Below are positions 12,827 through 26,050 of a DNA stretch of 43,632 bases, piece by piece. The notes beneath the pieces were generated by a model. The model was not told the DNA's origin. It made no database searches and worked only from the letters and a program-made list of their open reading frames with translations. Source of the DNA: Catajapyx aquilonaris (lineage: Eukaryota); assembly GCA_000934665.2 (NCBI GenBank), contig JYFJ02000541.1, positions 124,001-167,632 of the forward strand. Reading direction: 5' to 3'. The translations under genes were made by a program, and so were the position numbers. Positions within the stretch are counted from its first letter, which is position 1. Every line of letters starts with the position of its first letter.

Positions 12827-14012
12827 GTTCATATTTTGGTCCCTAGATGGCACTGCTCCACCACTAGAGGGCGGTGTGACGCTACCAGCCCCATCTACCT
12901 GCGCAAATTTGATTTGTAGTTCTGAAAGGTGAATGGACGAGACAAGACTGGATGTATTGTTGATAATGGAAGCGATGGGGAAGAAGCGACTCCGTGGAAA
13001 CTTTGTTGGTCTTGGCTGCTGTTGTCTTGATTTACTCGGCTGAGCTTGTGAGACGAAAGCTGCGAAGGTGAAACATGGCGTGGGAGTCGTAAGTGGTGGC
13101 TCGATCGAACAGCTTGAACTGGGATTACACTTCTGCTTCGCATTTTGGCGAAAAGAGCTTTGGGTTATTGCATTTTGAACTGGAGCGATACCTGGATAAG
13201 ACACTGTTAGAAGATTTTGGCGTTGTCTGCTCACGTTTATTAGTTACAGATTTTGAGATTGTCTGCCAGTATTTTGAGTCAAATTACTATATTGCTGGAA
13301 TGTTGGTACTTAGGCGCAAGATTGGTTTTATAAGGCGCTTATTACCTGCCAAGCAGGTGGAAACTTGTACTGGACGTACTATTATAATCTAAAGCAAGTG
13401 CTGTACATGTAGCTTAAACTAATTGTTTAAAATTGTGTCATTTAAACACACATTTAACCACTTTCTGATCCATCACCATGTCTTCAATGTCTGAACTAGA
13501 CGATTTTCGACGATAACTTTCTGAATTCCTCCCTTTAAAAAAATTGTTCCCACGCGAACATCTGCATAATACGATGCCAATTGAGAGCCCATAATAAAAA
13601 GTACACTTTTACGATTCCCAGTACCTCCGATTTAAATTATAAATCTAGTCAGGTGCTTTCTACCGCACCGATCCGGATTACCTCAAATGATAAAAAAATC
13701 TGACGGTGTTTTTTTTCTTCTCCCCCCTCCCAGCTCTAATGGCCCACCGTGCCATTATCAGAAGCAGAAACTTGGTCCTCCATAATATTCCCGCAGGGCT
13801 GAGGCCGGAATGGAGAAGGAAATGGAAGTTCTGTGATACGGAAAAGCCGGCCTAGAATCTCAGCCCACTTACAGTGGGTTACTACCAACATTTCAAGGTC
13901 CCTAGGAAATGTCATTTGGTTCTGTCCAAGTTGTGCGCCGGTAGATGGGGTTGCTAGCGGCACAGCGCCCTCTAGTGGAGGAGCAGTGTCATCTGGTGAC
14001 CAAAATATGAAC
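12827..14012. mobile_element. Element bounded by ~85-bp imperfect inverted repeats (or two inverted copies of a short repeat)
   Basis: 12827-12911 (GTTCATATTTTGGTCCCTAGATGGCACTGCTCCACCACTAGAGGGCG...) closely matches the reverse complement of 13927-14012 (...CGCCCTCTAGTGGAGGAGCAGTGTCATCTGGTGACCAAAATATGAAC). Confidence 0.7.
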
Positions 14013-16742
14013 CTTGGGAGCGTCCTGAGTTGACACCGCGTGACTGATTCCAAACGAGAATCCGATAGCCACATAAGCAGACCCTAAAAGCGAGAGAAAT
14101 TGCTCCGTCCCTCCAGCAAGCAGTCCATATACCCGGAGGACCAGCCGGACACGTAGAGTCAGCTGGGTCTGATCTAACGGAACGTGCCTCATTAAGGGCG
14201 CATCCACTTCCAATTTTATTCCCTAGGATTTCTCCAGGGGCCAAAACTGAGGGGGGCTTAAAAAGGCTTTTCGCGTTGCGTTCAGCCTAGGGATGACGGG
14301 AACAAACTGGATTGTTTTGGGACTTAAGGATCGTCGGGACAATTAGGGGGAAAGGGACATGAAGGAAGGAGCACTTGCGGTTAGCGGGGGAGTGTCACGA
14401 TCACTTTGCCCCGGTTTGGGTTACGGTGCTTGAAGCTGGAGGACAACTAGCCAGGAAGTCCTTTGACGGATGCTATAGCAAAGGGAAGGTTCAAATTGAG
14501 CATGGAGGTCATTTTTGTAAGGGAAATAAGGTCGTGACGAAAATGGGCTGATTTAAGTCATAAATGAAAGTTTAACACGTGAGAGGTTGTTTTAAATTGA
14601 ACGGTATGATATAGGTTGCGTCAGGTCATTTATGTCTAGACCTGGTGGAAGTTGGAGTGAATCACCCGTACCTAGCCATTGGAAAACCCTCTCATTGATT
14701 CCACAGGCCAGGAAATGACTCGCGGTCAATAAAGTGAACCACACCATTTTTGGTGGGTCTATAGGCAGCAATTTGGGGGCCAGCTTTAAAGAATTCTTAC
14801 TGCCGCAGTGTAACTTCTTCTCAAGGGGCAGCATCGTTTGATTGCTTCGTGACCGCTTTTTTGGCCAATTTTTAGCTCTTTTATCCCAAGTTTTTTTAAA
14901 TATTTGGAAATATATTTTTCCGCCGTCTTCGGCGCTGATAATAGAAAGTGGGAAATTCGGGTCAATTACGTGGACTGATCATCTGCGGTGGCGGATTGGA
15001 AAAAAAAAACACGCTTTTGACGAATTCGCTTCTGAAGAAGCGTGTACGCTAGGATGAGCCGTTTGCCTCTTTTGAGACCCGCGTGCAATTTTCCGCCTGA
15101 CGGAGGAGTTACCGCGGCAAGAGAAAAATAATCTGACCTCCAAAAAAATATATGACCACTTCCGATTTTGCCAGCGCTTCCTTCCAGATTCAAAACACGG
15201 CGGAGTTTCGTAAAAGCAGACGGCATTTACATGCGTTGCCACGGACTAGACCCTGGGCGCAAATTGAGTAAAACGGGATTAGTCGGAGTTTATTTTTCGA
15301 CCAAAGTTGGGGTGACATCCAAGCCGACGGGACACTATAGTTATTTTCATAATTTCTGGCGTGACGTGAATGCCAGCGATTTTTTGGGGGGTGAAGTTTA
15401 CTCTCTAGTGCGGTCTGTGTTACCTGATATACACTCATATAGGCATGGAAGTAAAGTGGTAAAAGGCAGGGTTTTGGTCAATAAAGTTCGGGGGAGCTGT
15501 GGGCGAAAATGGAGGAGAGAATAAGGGATGAGGGGAGAATAATAGCCGTATTGTCGATAGTTGTATAGCACCTGGAAATAAGGAATTTTGAGGAAGAAAC
15601 TTTTCACAAAGGGATTGCCTTCTGGATTGGTTCTTTTGATGCCAAGATAAACGAGGAACTTTTTGCTTTCATAAGTTCGTGGCCTGTGGTGAATTGCCGT
15701 ATGTCCGTGGCCATTTGCCGGTACCTGCAACTTTGTTAGTATTCGCCGTACAGTGTGAACAGCGGTCAGTTCCGCTCTGTCGATAGAGCAGTGGAAACAA
15801 GGCTTTAAAGCTTGTTTTTCCTTAGATAAATTTAAGCATACCCAAAAGGATCAGAATATATTACCATCCAATGAAGAATAAGTAGACGCCTATTGGTTAC
15901 AGGTGTGCCAACCTTCCAAAGTTTCTTAAGGAGCTGACAGTGATTGGCATAGGCCAACTTCAACCAGTTATACAGTAGGAGGTCAGTCGCCAATTTGACC
16001 GGGGTTATTAGCACATCAACAAGTCCTACTTAGAATTCCGACCCAGGCCTTGAAGCAAATGAGGGCAAAAGTTGTGGTTCTCAAGTTCTTGGCAGCATGT
16101 CTAAAGTAATTAAAATGGCCGCGTGGACTCGACAGGCGAAGAAGACTTCCATCTTGCGAACAATATTTCACGGGATGGGTCTAAAGTTGAAACACCCTCC
16201 TCCCAAAATTCGACGTATAAATCAGACGTGATGCAGCTCTTCACGCTGGGATCTGGCACTTCATAATGGAACTGGAGTTTGAGAAGATTTAAGCAGCAGT
16301 TCTGCAGATGGATGCGCTTATCCTGGGCCTTGGATTGAAACATGATTTTTTTTTTTTTTTTTTTTGAAAGACGGAGTTGCTTTTATACGGGACGTGGCAC
16401 CTAATGTGAAACATCGCTCAAGCATGGCATTTACTTGGTGCTTCACGAGCTAAGAAAGACAGCCTGAAGCTTATACGCAAAAGGTGTGTTTTCATGGAAG
16501 AAGCTTGCAGCGCAGTTTCAGCCTCCTAAATTCATAACAAGGGTAATCCTTCCAGTGGAGTGTGGAGAATTAGGTGAATAAGATGCTTTGCAGGGAGACG
16601 GTGAAGATTAGCTGTGGTGAATACGTGGCTGAAATTATGGCCACATCTAACACGTAATCACTGGTTGCTGTAATTCATGCTTCGGTTGCTACAAGCGCTT
16701 CTACCAAATCGTAGCAAAAAACAGTTTTAGCTGAATTTATCC

Positions 16743-16839
16743 TGCCACTATCAGCTCACTATGTAGTGAGCTGATAGTGGCATCCTATACTGTAGTTTTT
16801 CCCCAATGTACATTGAAAAAAAACACTGCAGTAGGATGC
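16743..16839. repeat. Two abutting palindromes
   Basis: Perfect 19-bp arms TGCCACTATCAGCTCACTA-tg-TAGTGAGCTGATAGTGGCA (16743-16782), then an imperfect palindrome GCATCCTA...CAATGTACATTG...TAGGATGC (16780-16839). Confidence 0.9.
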
Positions 16840-17911
16840 ATTCGAACTAAGTTTTTTTGGCAGATTGTACTGTACAGTGTACGCACGTGGGCGTAGATTT
16901 TTTTCCCCATTCATAATCGACCTGTTTGTTAATAGCGTTACTCGTGTTATAGGTCACACGATTAGGATAATGAGGTTTCTGCGCATAAATGCGATGCTCT
17001 CAAAGGCTACTTCTCTGGAAACTTGTATGGTAATTGCAACTGTAAATTGCAGTGTTCAAAATCGACGCAAAATCGTGAATTTGTAATGTTACTTGCCAAG
17101 CTTTTGAAGGTGCTGCTTTGTTACATGATGTGCATGTGGTAACGAAAATTCAAATCGCGACCAAGGGGCGGAATCAATTATTAATTATTGTTAAACAATT
17201 ATGCATCACATCTCTTAATTATTACAACTTTGCCAAGAGAAATCTGCATTATCTATATTATTAATACCCGGCTGTTCCCACAACTCCTCCCGCACCGTAC
17301 ACCTACAGCATTGCGAATGGTGTCAAAATTTAGCCCGCGTTTTCTATATTTGCAATAAACTTTTGTTTTTTGAAAATAATGGTCAGGGAATTTATACAAC
17401 ACAAAAAAACGCCGACAGCCTCAAAAAAAACCTGCCCGAAACCTTTCCACGGAATTCCCATTTCTATCGTTCCGGGCACGGGGCGCCACCTCCTGAGTGA
17501 CGACTCGCTTACTTTTGCACCGTCTTCGGCATTTCACCGTCGGATGTCGCTGCCTGGTCCGCCCCCCCCCTCTCTCTCTCTCTCCACTTTCGCATTTTTT
17601 GCCAAATTTTGGCAAGTTGGTGCCTAGTCTGTAATTAAAATCCTTCATTGTATGTCCGAGGTTTCTGATTGGCCCGCCCTATATTGTTTGCGCGACGCTT
17701 CCGATTGGTCCCCGTTCTGCGCCTGCGCAGTGGGGGGGGGGGGTAGGCAGCGCCTCTGGTGGATGGAACTAGTGTAGGCTATAACTTTGCAACCAAATAT
17801 GTGACTGAAAGTGCTCAGACGAAGCTTATTCACTCTGGCAGCAATCTCCTTCCAGAGATTAAACCCGTTTAATCACGATGATGGCTGCTGTGGTGATATA
17901 ACGCCTTACTT

Positions 17912-17916
17912 AGAGA

Positions 17917-17960
<44 letters not shown>
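17912..17960. repeat. (AG)n microsatellite
   Basis: Read directly from the sequence. Confidence 0.97.
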
Positions 17961-17964
<4 letters not shown>

Positions 17965-20900
17965 TACAAATGGAGCAAAGGTGTCCAAAAAGCACACATC
18001 CACATCGCAATGCCTATATGTACCTAGCATCCTCATCTTCTGACACTCCAAAGCCTAACTTTTCAATAACTCTCCGAAATGATTTGGAAAAGAGGGGAAC
18101 GCCTTCCAACAAGAACCTCCTTTTTTCCTTCTCCCCCCCACCACTTTTTGAAACGTGATGGAAGGGATGTCGTCGGACCCGGAGACGAGTATAACTCCCG
18201 GCTATTTGTCCACGGGATTATGCTGATGCAGCGCGCGCCATTTCTTGCGCAAAAAAAAAACTGGTCTCAAGATGGCGACGGATTCTCCAGAGACTCGCAG
18301 CCTGGTTCCCTTCCAAGTTCATCTAGTCGCGTCTAGGGTCGGTTGGCATTCCCTATTCTACGAGTCTCATTCCCCAGTCCTGATGGTATCAATTCCCGCG
18401 TTATAAAGACGCAATAAATCGACATATTCCCAGTCGGCGCAATTTTTATAGTCTTTCCCGCCACGGTGGCAAGTCTCACTGGGATCGCCCATATACCGGC
18501 ATACTACCTTGTTCCGAGCGGCACGTGGACCGATGCAACGCGGTTTCTTTATTGCGTTAAACCCAACTCGATCGTCCTTAATGGTACAGTGTCACTCATA
18601 ATTAAAATACTACAGAGGAACCCACTTTCAGAAGGTGCAGAAATGGGCAGGGATCATTAAAGTATGATAGCATGGACTATTGCTAATGGTGGAGATAAGT
18701 TATGCTGGGTGAAGGAAGTTGTTTCTGGGTTTGCTCACCGCCCAACCTCTTTGGGTATTCAGCATCAAAGTAGGTGCAGGAAATGGGCTTCTGTGCTATA
18801 ATTACGTAGAGTGGTCCAGACCGGGGGGATAGGGGCGCTAGTTGGTTAGTAACCGAGTCAAACTTGCAAGTTCCGCCTTGGTTACTAATAGGATCTATCG
18901 AATCACGTCGTGCAGTGTGTACGGGTTTTTTTTTGGGGGGGTGCGAACGTGCTGAATTATATTACGAGCCAAGTTCGGCAAAAATTGGCGTATGATAGAA
19001 CTGCGTTACTGCCCTCGGCCCGCATTATAAAATTACACAAGAAGCCCGTGATGAGCGGGCTTCGAAGCGCGGCGCGGCTCACAATTCGGCGGCATTCACA
19101 CGTGAAAACGAAAGGGCAGAGAGTGGCAACAGTCCACATTTTGCACTTGGCCACCAACTCGGTAATAATGGGCTGGAAGCCCACTTTCGGAAATGGATGG
19201 CCTATATTTCACTGCGGTGGTGAGACTAAATCCCCCTAGAAGGGCTTTCGTCTCTGGGTCCACCCTCGAAAAATGGCCAGAGGGAGTTTGCATGCTACTG
19301 ACTGCTGAACACACACTGCGTGTGGCAGTCAATGGGGAGAAAATAAATGTACGGGAGACCGCCCCACACTTTGCGGCTATACTTCGTCATGGGGTATATA
19401 TATGTAAGGACCGGTCTCATGGGACGACCAAGATTTTCAGCAGGCTTTTCGGTCGGAAAGTGATCGATGTCCGGTATACTCCATTCATATTGCTCATTCA
19501 GCGTTCTGAGTTTCTTTTTTTTAAATGTACGGGTGGAAGGACCTGATGGTTGCGTGCACAACATTTGCGTGCTTGACTGCATGATGACATAATTCAATCC
19601 GGATATCATGAGACTGCTGACTAAGGCGTTCGAAATAGACACTGTGGGTTTTTTTATGGCCTTGTCCTGAGGGAACGGTACAGGGTCAAGTGTGACGACT
19701 TTTCTGCTATAAATATGCCTTTAAAAATAACAGTGATGTGCATATTCACAACTCTATTCAATTTTTTTCAAGCGTCGCATAACTGGCGATAGGCTACTGC
19801 ACAATATTCCGAGGGAGCGTACGATTCCAATGCTTTTCACTTTCAATTCTCCCTGCAGTTGCGGCCGCACATATATAACCAGGTCTAGGACTGGTAATAA
19901 AAAGGCCCAGCTGGCGGAATTCGATTTAGAGATGTTGAGTGAAGAATGGGCGACGTGGTACATGATACAGCCAAGCTCGCTTACATTGTTCCTTTCGCTC
20001 TAAACCTGTCTCAGAACGCTATATCAGGGTATAGGGAAGAAGCGCCTTCTGTAGAATAATGCGACACGAAGTATGGGAGCCGCAGGAAGCTCCTTAACAT
20101 ATAGTGCACACCTCTTTTTTAGGGGGGAATGCCTACCGAGCTGAAACATCCGAGGACAAGTCACTTTAGATAAGAACTCTTTAAAATCCCCGCCGACTCT
20201 TGGAAAATTCGCTCTGGTCCAGAAGAAGAGTAATGCGTCTTTTTTTTCTCTGTCGCCGTTCTCTTAATTTTTCTTTTCCTGAGAGAAACGTGACGGGTCG
20301 TTTTTCAAAATAGCAAGTCCAACAAATTCGTAAGATCCGACAGTATAGGTGTATGCCTGTCGAGTCTGTTAAGACCCCCAAATTATCCTGTTAATTACCA
20401 GATATCATGTGGCATAACCCGCATCTGACATCACTTCCAGCTTGTATGTTGGCTCCTATATAGTAAAAGGCAGCTTCGGACACCCCATGGTGGTATACAC
20501 GTTGGGCAGCCGTGCCAGGCCAGGGCTTTTTATCAATAATGCAGGTTCCACACGGCCTCCAGCGCTTAATTCGATGGGGCCTAGGATGCGTTGGAAGGGG
20601 AGTAGTCGCCATGTCCTTTTTTCTTTCTTCCTTGGTCCAGGGGCACTTTTCCAATTAGGATCGGAGGCTGGGGTGCTTGAGGTGGAAAGTTGCGGCGCCT
20701 CCGGAGAAACCCCGTTGGGATTGTGCGGCGCCGGATAATCCGGGGCGCCAGTCTTCATTAGGGTGTGGGAGGGGGACTCGTTAGACCGTTGCCAATATTG
20801 TAGGGGGAATTAATGAGACTGTGTTGTGTATGTGTGTGTCGGAATTACCGCTGAATCCATCATATTAACGTGATTACGAACCGGGCAAAACATGTCATTT

Positions 20901-21130
20901 GTTTTAGTCCCATGGACAAGTTTTGGGCATTGGTCTGAGCGATTTTTTTGGGGGGTGCCTGTGAGGCTGGTTTACCTCGAATGGGGACAATTGACTTATT
21001 TGTTGCGGTTACGTGGACTGCAACCGAAATCGACTGTTTGTAGTGCGTTAAAGGGCTTAATTTAATACCTTTATCGGGTTTAAATACTTGACATTAATGG
21101 TGCGTACACTGCTGGATATTAATTCTGTCA

Positions 21131-21352
21131 TACTGCTAGCGACATTTTCTGATGCGGCAGCCGTGCAAATCGAGCCGTCCGAGTCAGAAATGGTAGCCCT
21201 TGGGTGACGTCACTGGCTGGGGACAAGCCTTTTCTTCATTGCTCTCCAGCCGGTGACGTCACTCAAGGCCTACCTCTTCTTACTCGCACGGCTCACACTC
21301 TATCACTTCCATTTGCATTTCTGCCGCATCAGAAAATGTCGTAAGCAGCGTA
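21131..21352. mobile_element. Palindromic (fold-back) MITE-like element
   Basis: Arms of about 95-110 bp: CGACATTTTCTGATGCGGCAG...GGTGACGTCACTGGCTGG versus CCAGCCGGTGACGTCAC...CTGCCGCATCAGAAAATGTCG; right arm carries a ~16-nt insertion. Confidence 0.8.
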
Positions 21353-22349
21353 CAAACAATGATGTCGATATGCCTGAATCACTGGGTCGCCCATGGAAGA
21401 TCCTCAGGGAGACTCGACAAAACTATGAATTCTGCAGGCTGACAAAAGTTTTGGAGACGAAATTCTGCAAGTTTCTCCCGAAATTGACTTTTCATATCTA
21501 AGAGCTGGGTTCCGTCACGCTAGAAGATTGAGCGAAAAATGACGCCGACGGTTAAATGCCAGTCGAGATAGGCGTCTACGATCTCAAAGTATGACTGTTC
21601 TTGCACACATTGCAAACATGAGAAGTCTTTGGTATTATATATGCCTGAAACTTTCCGCCGTTGCTTGCAGTTAGCTCAACTCCAGCGGGGGGAAACCCAG
21701 CCAGGAGTTGGAGAGATAATTTTATTAACGTGGATCCAGTGGGCGGGTACAGTAATGTTGCGGCATGAATTCCATCATAATTATTGAAACACCAGCAGCA
21801 AAGGCTTGGGGAAATACCATCCGCAGCGATTTACAATACCCGGTGCGATGATGGCTCTTTGTTGAAGCACATTTTTTTTTTTATGTTGCCTGTTTAAATC
21901 TATGGTAAAAACAGATATTTTTAAAAGAAAAACCCTTTTCGTTGCGGAACTATGCGGTGGTCTCTAACGATACATAGTGTTTCCGGGCTTCAGTTTTATG
22001 ATGTTCCAAAGGGTGTATTTCTCTCGTGCGAGGTCGGTGAGCTCCTATCATTGGTCTTTTGGAGAAAGCTGGGGGGAATCCGGTTGATGGGAAGAGAGTG
22101 CAGAAGATGATTTGTTGCTTTAATGGTCTCTGTATTACTGATCAGAAGAATAAAGGCGCGATTTATCGTCCCGTAATAGTTTTCGGAGGGGGTAAAAAGA
22201 AAGCGGGTTTTGTTCGCATCGGATCGGCTTTTCACGTCGATGGAGATAGCCATTTTATGGCTCCTTGCTGGTGATGTTTAGACCACTTATTCAGCTTCAC
22301 CTGATCTTATTCGTTTTAAAGTTGCACATTAGGCTGCTCCATGCAATTT

Positions 22350-22632
22350 TGTAGACTTTTTCGAGAAAACAAAGTCTTATAGAATGGCGCTGTGTCTATG
22401 GACAGGTATCAGACAGACAGACAGAGCCGTGCTATAAGACTTTGATTTTCGGGTTCCGGGTTCACTCTATCCGCCCCTCCCGCTGGCTGACCCCTACCCC
22501 TGACCGCCCATTATCCCCAGACCGTCCCTTTCCCCCTCTCTCCTACCACATGATACCTGATATCTGTCCACAGACGGACGGACAGAGCCGTGCTATAAGA
22601 CTTTTTTCGATTGATGAAAAAAATGTCTAAAA
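22350..22632. mobile_element. Helentron/DINE-1-like non-autonomous element
   Basis: Sub-terminal IR AAAGTCTTATAG (22371) and CTATAAGACTTT (internal copy ending 22443, terminal copy ending 22604); (GACA/GACG)n microsatellite; short terminal stem-loops; T-rich flanks. Confidence 0.6.
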
Positions 22633-25600
22633 GATGGGTTTGCTAGGATAGATTTTTTAAGGGGGAAAGGGGCGGTCTGGGGGTAGGAGGAGGGAGGGGG
22701 AAAAGGGTAAGTCCACTTTTGGCCGGAAATGAGTTATTGGTGGTTTCAGTTTCACTCCCAGTACCGTGACGGACGTTGGGGACAATAGCAGTAAACATGA
22801 AAAAGTCTACTCTAATCACGCACACGTGATTTGCCAATCTGGTTTAAAACCAGGTTTTGAGAATGCAAGGCTATAGAGGTCGTTTAGTAAGGCACGATTC
22901 TCCCTGAGTACTGGCCATTTCCCCATCCTGAGACTCGTGTTTTCCATTTTTGTCTTGTCCTGAGAGCGCCTGTGTCCTTCCGCCTCTCGCCTTTGCAACC
23001 ACAGTGCCAAAGTAACGAGCCGGATTTGCATACGATTAGACAGCAGAAAGTCTAAAAGAGCAAAAGGGAGAGAGAGAGAGAGAGAGAGGCTGTAAATGCC
23101 ATGTAGGGCTGGAGGATTAGGCGGGCTTAATCAGAGGCGCGTTTGGATTGATTTTTGGTGTAAGGATGCGCGCGGGAGATTTAATTTGGCGGGTTGGGGA
23201 GTCGGTTCTGACAAGGGCTGGGAATATTGCAGGCGGGAAAGGGTAAATAACCCGAAATGAAATGGGTAGGGTTCCGAGGGGGAATAGGGAGTTGGGAGAT
23301 ATTCAGTCGGATGCTTGATAGAATCGGTTTCTGTATGTACAGGGTGCTGCATCAGTACTGCTTATAGGTGGTTATTGACACCGGGGTTCATCTAGAAGCT
23401 TGAAAGGACTGATGGATTACTCGTGTCGGTTGCAGCCGAAATCTCCACCCTTATGTTGATCACATGAGCCAGATCAGTCTTCTGCGAATGGCTGATTTGG
23501 ATCATGGTGTAGAATTTCGTCTGTGAAATAACCCTGCCGTCGCCTGCAGATAAAGGTGTGTTTTATCCAAGCTTCAGTGTGTATAGCCAAGGGGGCGTAC
23601 AACTTTGTTGGAAGGATAAAGCCCATCCTCATTTGAGTGACGTTAGTAATCTATCACGTTGATTTATGAGCCAATTTGAACCTTGTTGCGATTCCTTGCG
23701 GACTTACATGGTTTGCGGGTGCCAACCCATCATTTTGCATCAGTAGAAACAAGGGCTTATCTTGTTTCAGGACATCCTGATTTTATAAAGAAGAAACTGA
23801 ATTTGTGTTAAAGTCTGTATGCTGTGATATCGCCATATATTTGCCCTTTAATGAAACCGATAGCCAACCGCAGTTTTTAAATCGATTTCCCCCAATCTGG
23901 CAGTGGCATCGGAACCGTATACATCCCTGGTTGTGCATTATGTAGCCGGGATAATTTGTAATGGCTGCTTATTGTTCCTGCATCCCGAGGCATAGCCAAA
24001 GGAAGGTTGGCTGTAGTTACTGTGTCATTACAACACTTTCAGGTATTTACATGCCTGGACGCTGCTTGTTAATCGACGTACCGACGCGAGTGTTAAAAGG
24101 CAGTTTAAAATTACATCAATTTCAGTACATTAGCACACAGGTTGTATGCAGGGAGGGCAATGACCATGATGGCTTTGAGAAGGGCGTTCGGTGTGCAAAT
24201 ATTCAACGCTGTGCTATGGCTCAGTAATATGCGAATTATTGCATAATTTGTGTGAAGACCACACTTAAATTTTGAAATCCGCACCTCTGCGTGGTTGAGT
24301 CAAAAAAAACCGGCATCTTATGCCCACAGTTAAAATAAAGCAAAGGAGGCTTCCAAGAATCTTAACGAAATTTGCCTCCTGCTGAGCCGCCTCCATTACT
24401 CTCTTTAATGCTGGCTCTGGCTGGGAAGAATGTGTCATATTTAGTTGGATCCAATTTGAGCATTCCTGGGCCCGGAGGCAAAGGAAGGGACACAGCGATA
24501 ACCTTCTTTGACAGAGGAAATGCGGTCATAAATTTGGTCCCCAATTCCCCAGCCGATGAATCCAGGAATTTTAACGGAGGAGGNGGGGGGGGGGGGCTCT
24601 CGCCCTAGCCTCTCCAAGTATCATTATGAACAATGCGTTTTAATTAATTTCCTAATTAACGATGGCCGTTAATTCCCACCTGCATGGCATTTGGTGGCCT
24701 GTGGGGAATCGCATATTATATAGCTTCCAAATCGATGCCTGGGATTAGATTTTCAATTGAGCGCCTGGTTTTTACATATTTTAAAGGAGGGTTCCAAACA
24801 GTCTGCTATTTTTCGGACCTAAAAGTTGACAAATTTTTGTCTGCATGGTGCATGGTGACACCCATTTTGACAGGTTCTCATCAGATAAAAAAATATATGT
24901 CACCCTAAGCCCTGACCAGCTTCATACACACTTGGGTCCGTTCAATTGAGAGGTCCTCTTATCTCCCCACGCTTTGTCCCGCCCAAAAACATCTGGTCAG
25001 GACATGTTCCGCATAACAACAAGCCATGTCGCTCTCCTTAACCGGCACAAAACTCGCTCGTTGAATCCAGCAAAATTGAACAGAAACCTAGTAATTTTGA
25101 AGCGGATTTCGGGTAAAAAAAAAAAATCTAACCACAGATAATATCCGGGGGTCCAGCAAAAACTATGGCGTCAATCACACTGGGTGGGTGGGTGTCCCCG
25201 GATGAAATACAGGGTGGAGCAACAGTTCAGCTGGTTTTTGGGCGGTGGAATCAAATGGCGATCGATAGAGTGTGCGCCTGCAAAGTTGGCCGCTGCACTG
25301 CATAATAAGCCAGATGCAAATGAGGCTAATTCTACGGCGTTAGGAGGAAAAATTAACACCCCCACCCCCTCCCCTCAGGCTCTCCTGTGCTTTCTGGAGA
25401 GGCCAGGGTTATACGCAGCTGTCTTGTTCAGTCAAGCATACCCGGTACTTGTGTAGAGAGTTAGCAGATGTACAGGGTGATCCAAAAGTTTCATACGGAT
25501 ATTCCAGCATTTTTTAAGAACATGTTTTTATGAGCATATGACTAACAATTGGGCATGTGTCCTATATGTAGGACGCCACATCCAGAATTTCGGTCCAGAA

Positions 25601-26050
25601 TTTTCGGCATCGCATGCCTGTCTGCTTCCTGAAAAGTCTCAATCTTTTCGTCCCCTCAGCGGGTCTCCGCCTCTTGCTGCTTCTCGGTTTCAAGTGCGGA
25701 GTCCCGAGACCGGTTAGAAATCAATTTAGCACCGATCAGTTTCCATTCCCCTGGAGCACTTCCACTTGACAGTCTGTGGAAACGAGGTTCGAAAAAAAAA
25801 AGGAAGGGGGGGGGGTGGGGGTGCACCCAAAAAAGGAGGGGCTAATTGGACGCCAATGCTTGGGATTAAAGGCTACCTGATTGCATGTATGCAAATGATT
25901 CGTGTCCATTAGTTCCAGCCTAATTGAAGCGGGTGGATGCAAATCGTAACGTTTTTGGCAGGGGTTGTGAGTTAAGAACTTGATGACATGCTGCATCATT
26001 CATGTGCCATATTCATGTGACTGATGTTCTTGTCCATTTTTGTTCCACAG

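Noticed and set aside
15030..15056. Hammerhead ribozyme core (CTGAAGA + AGCG-tgta-CGCT stem)
   Set aside because: The required GAAA after stem II is missing. Other CTGANGA sites I checked (2695, 43561) also lack it.
18268..18345. CAAGATGGCG start context as an alternative first coding exon
   Set aside because: The peptide MATDSPETRSLV has no CASK similarity and I saw no convincing phase-2 donor.
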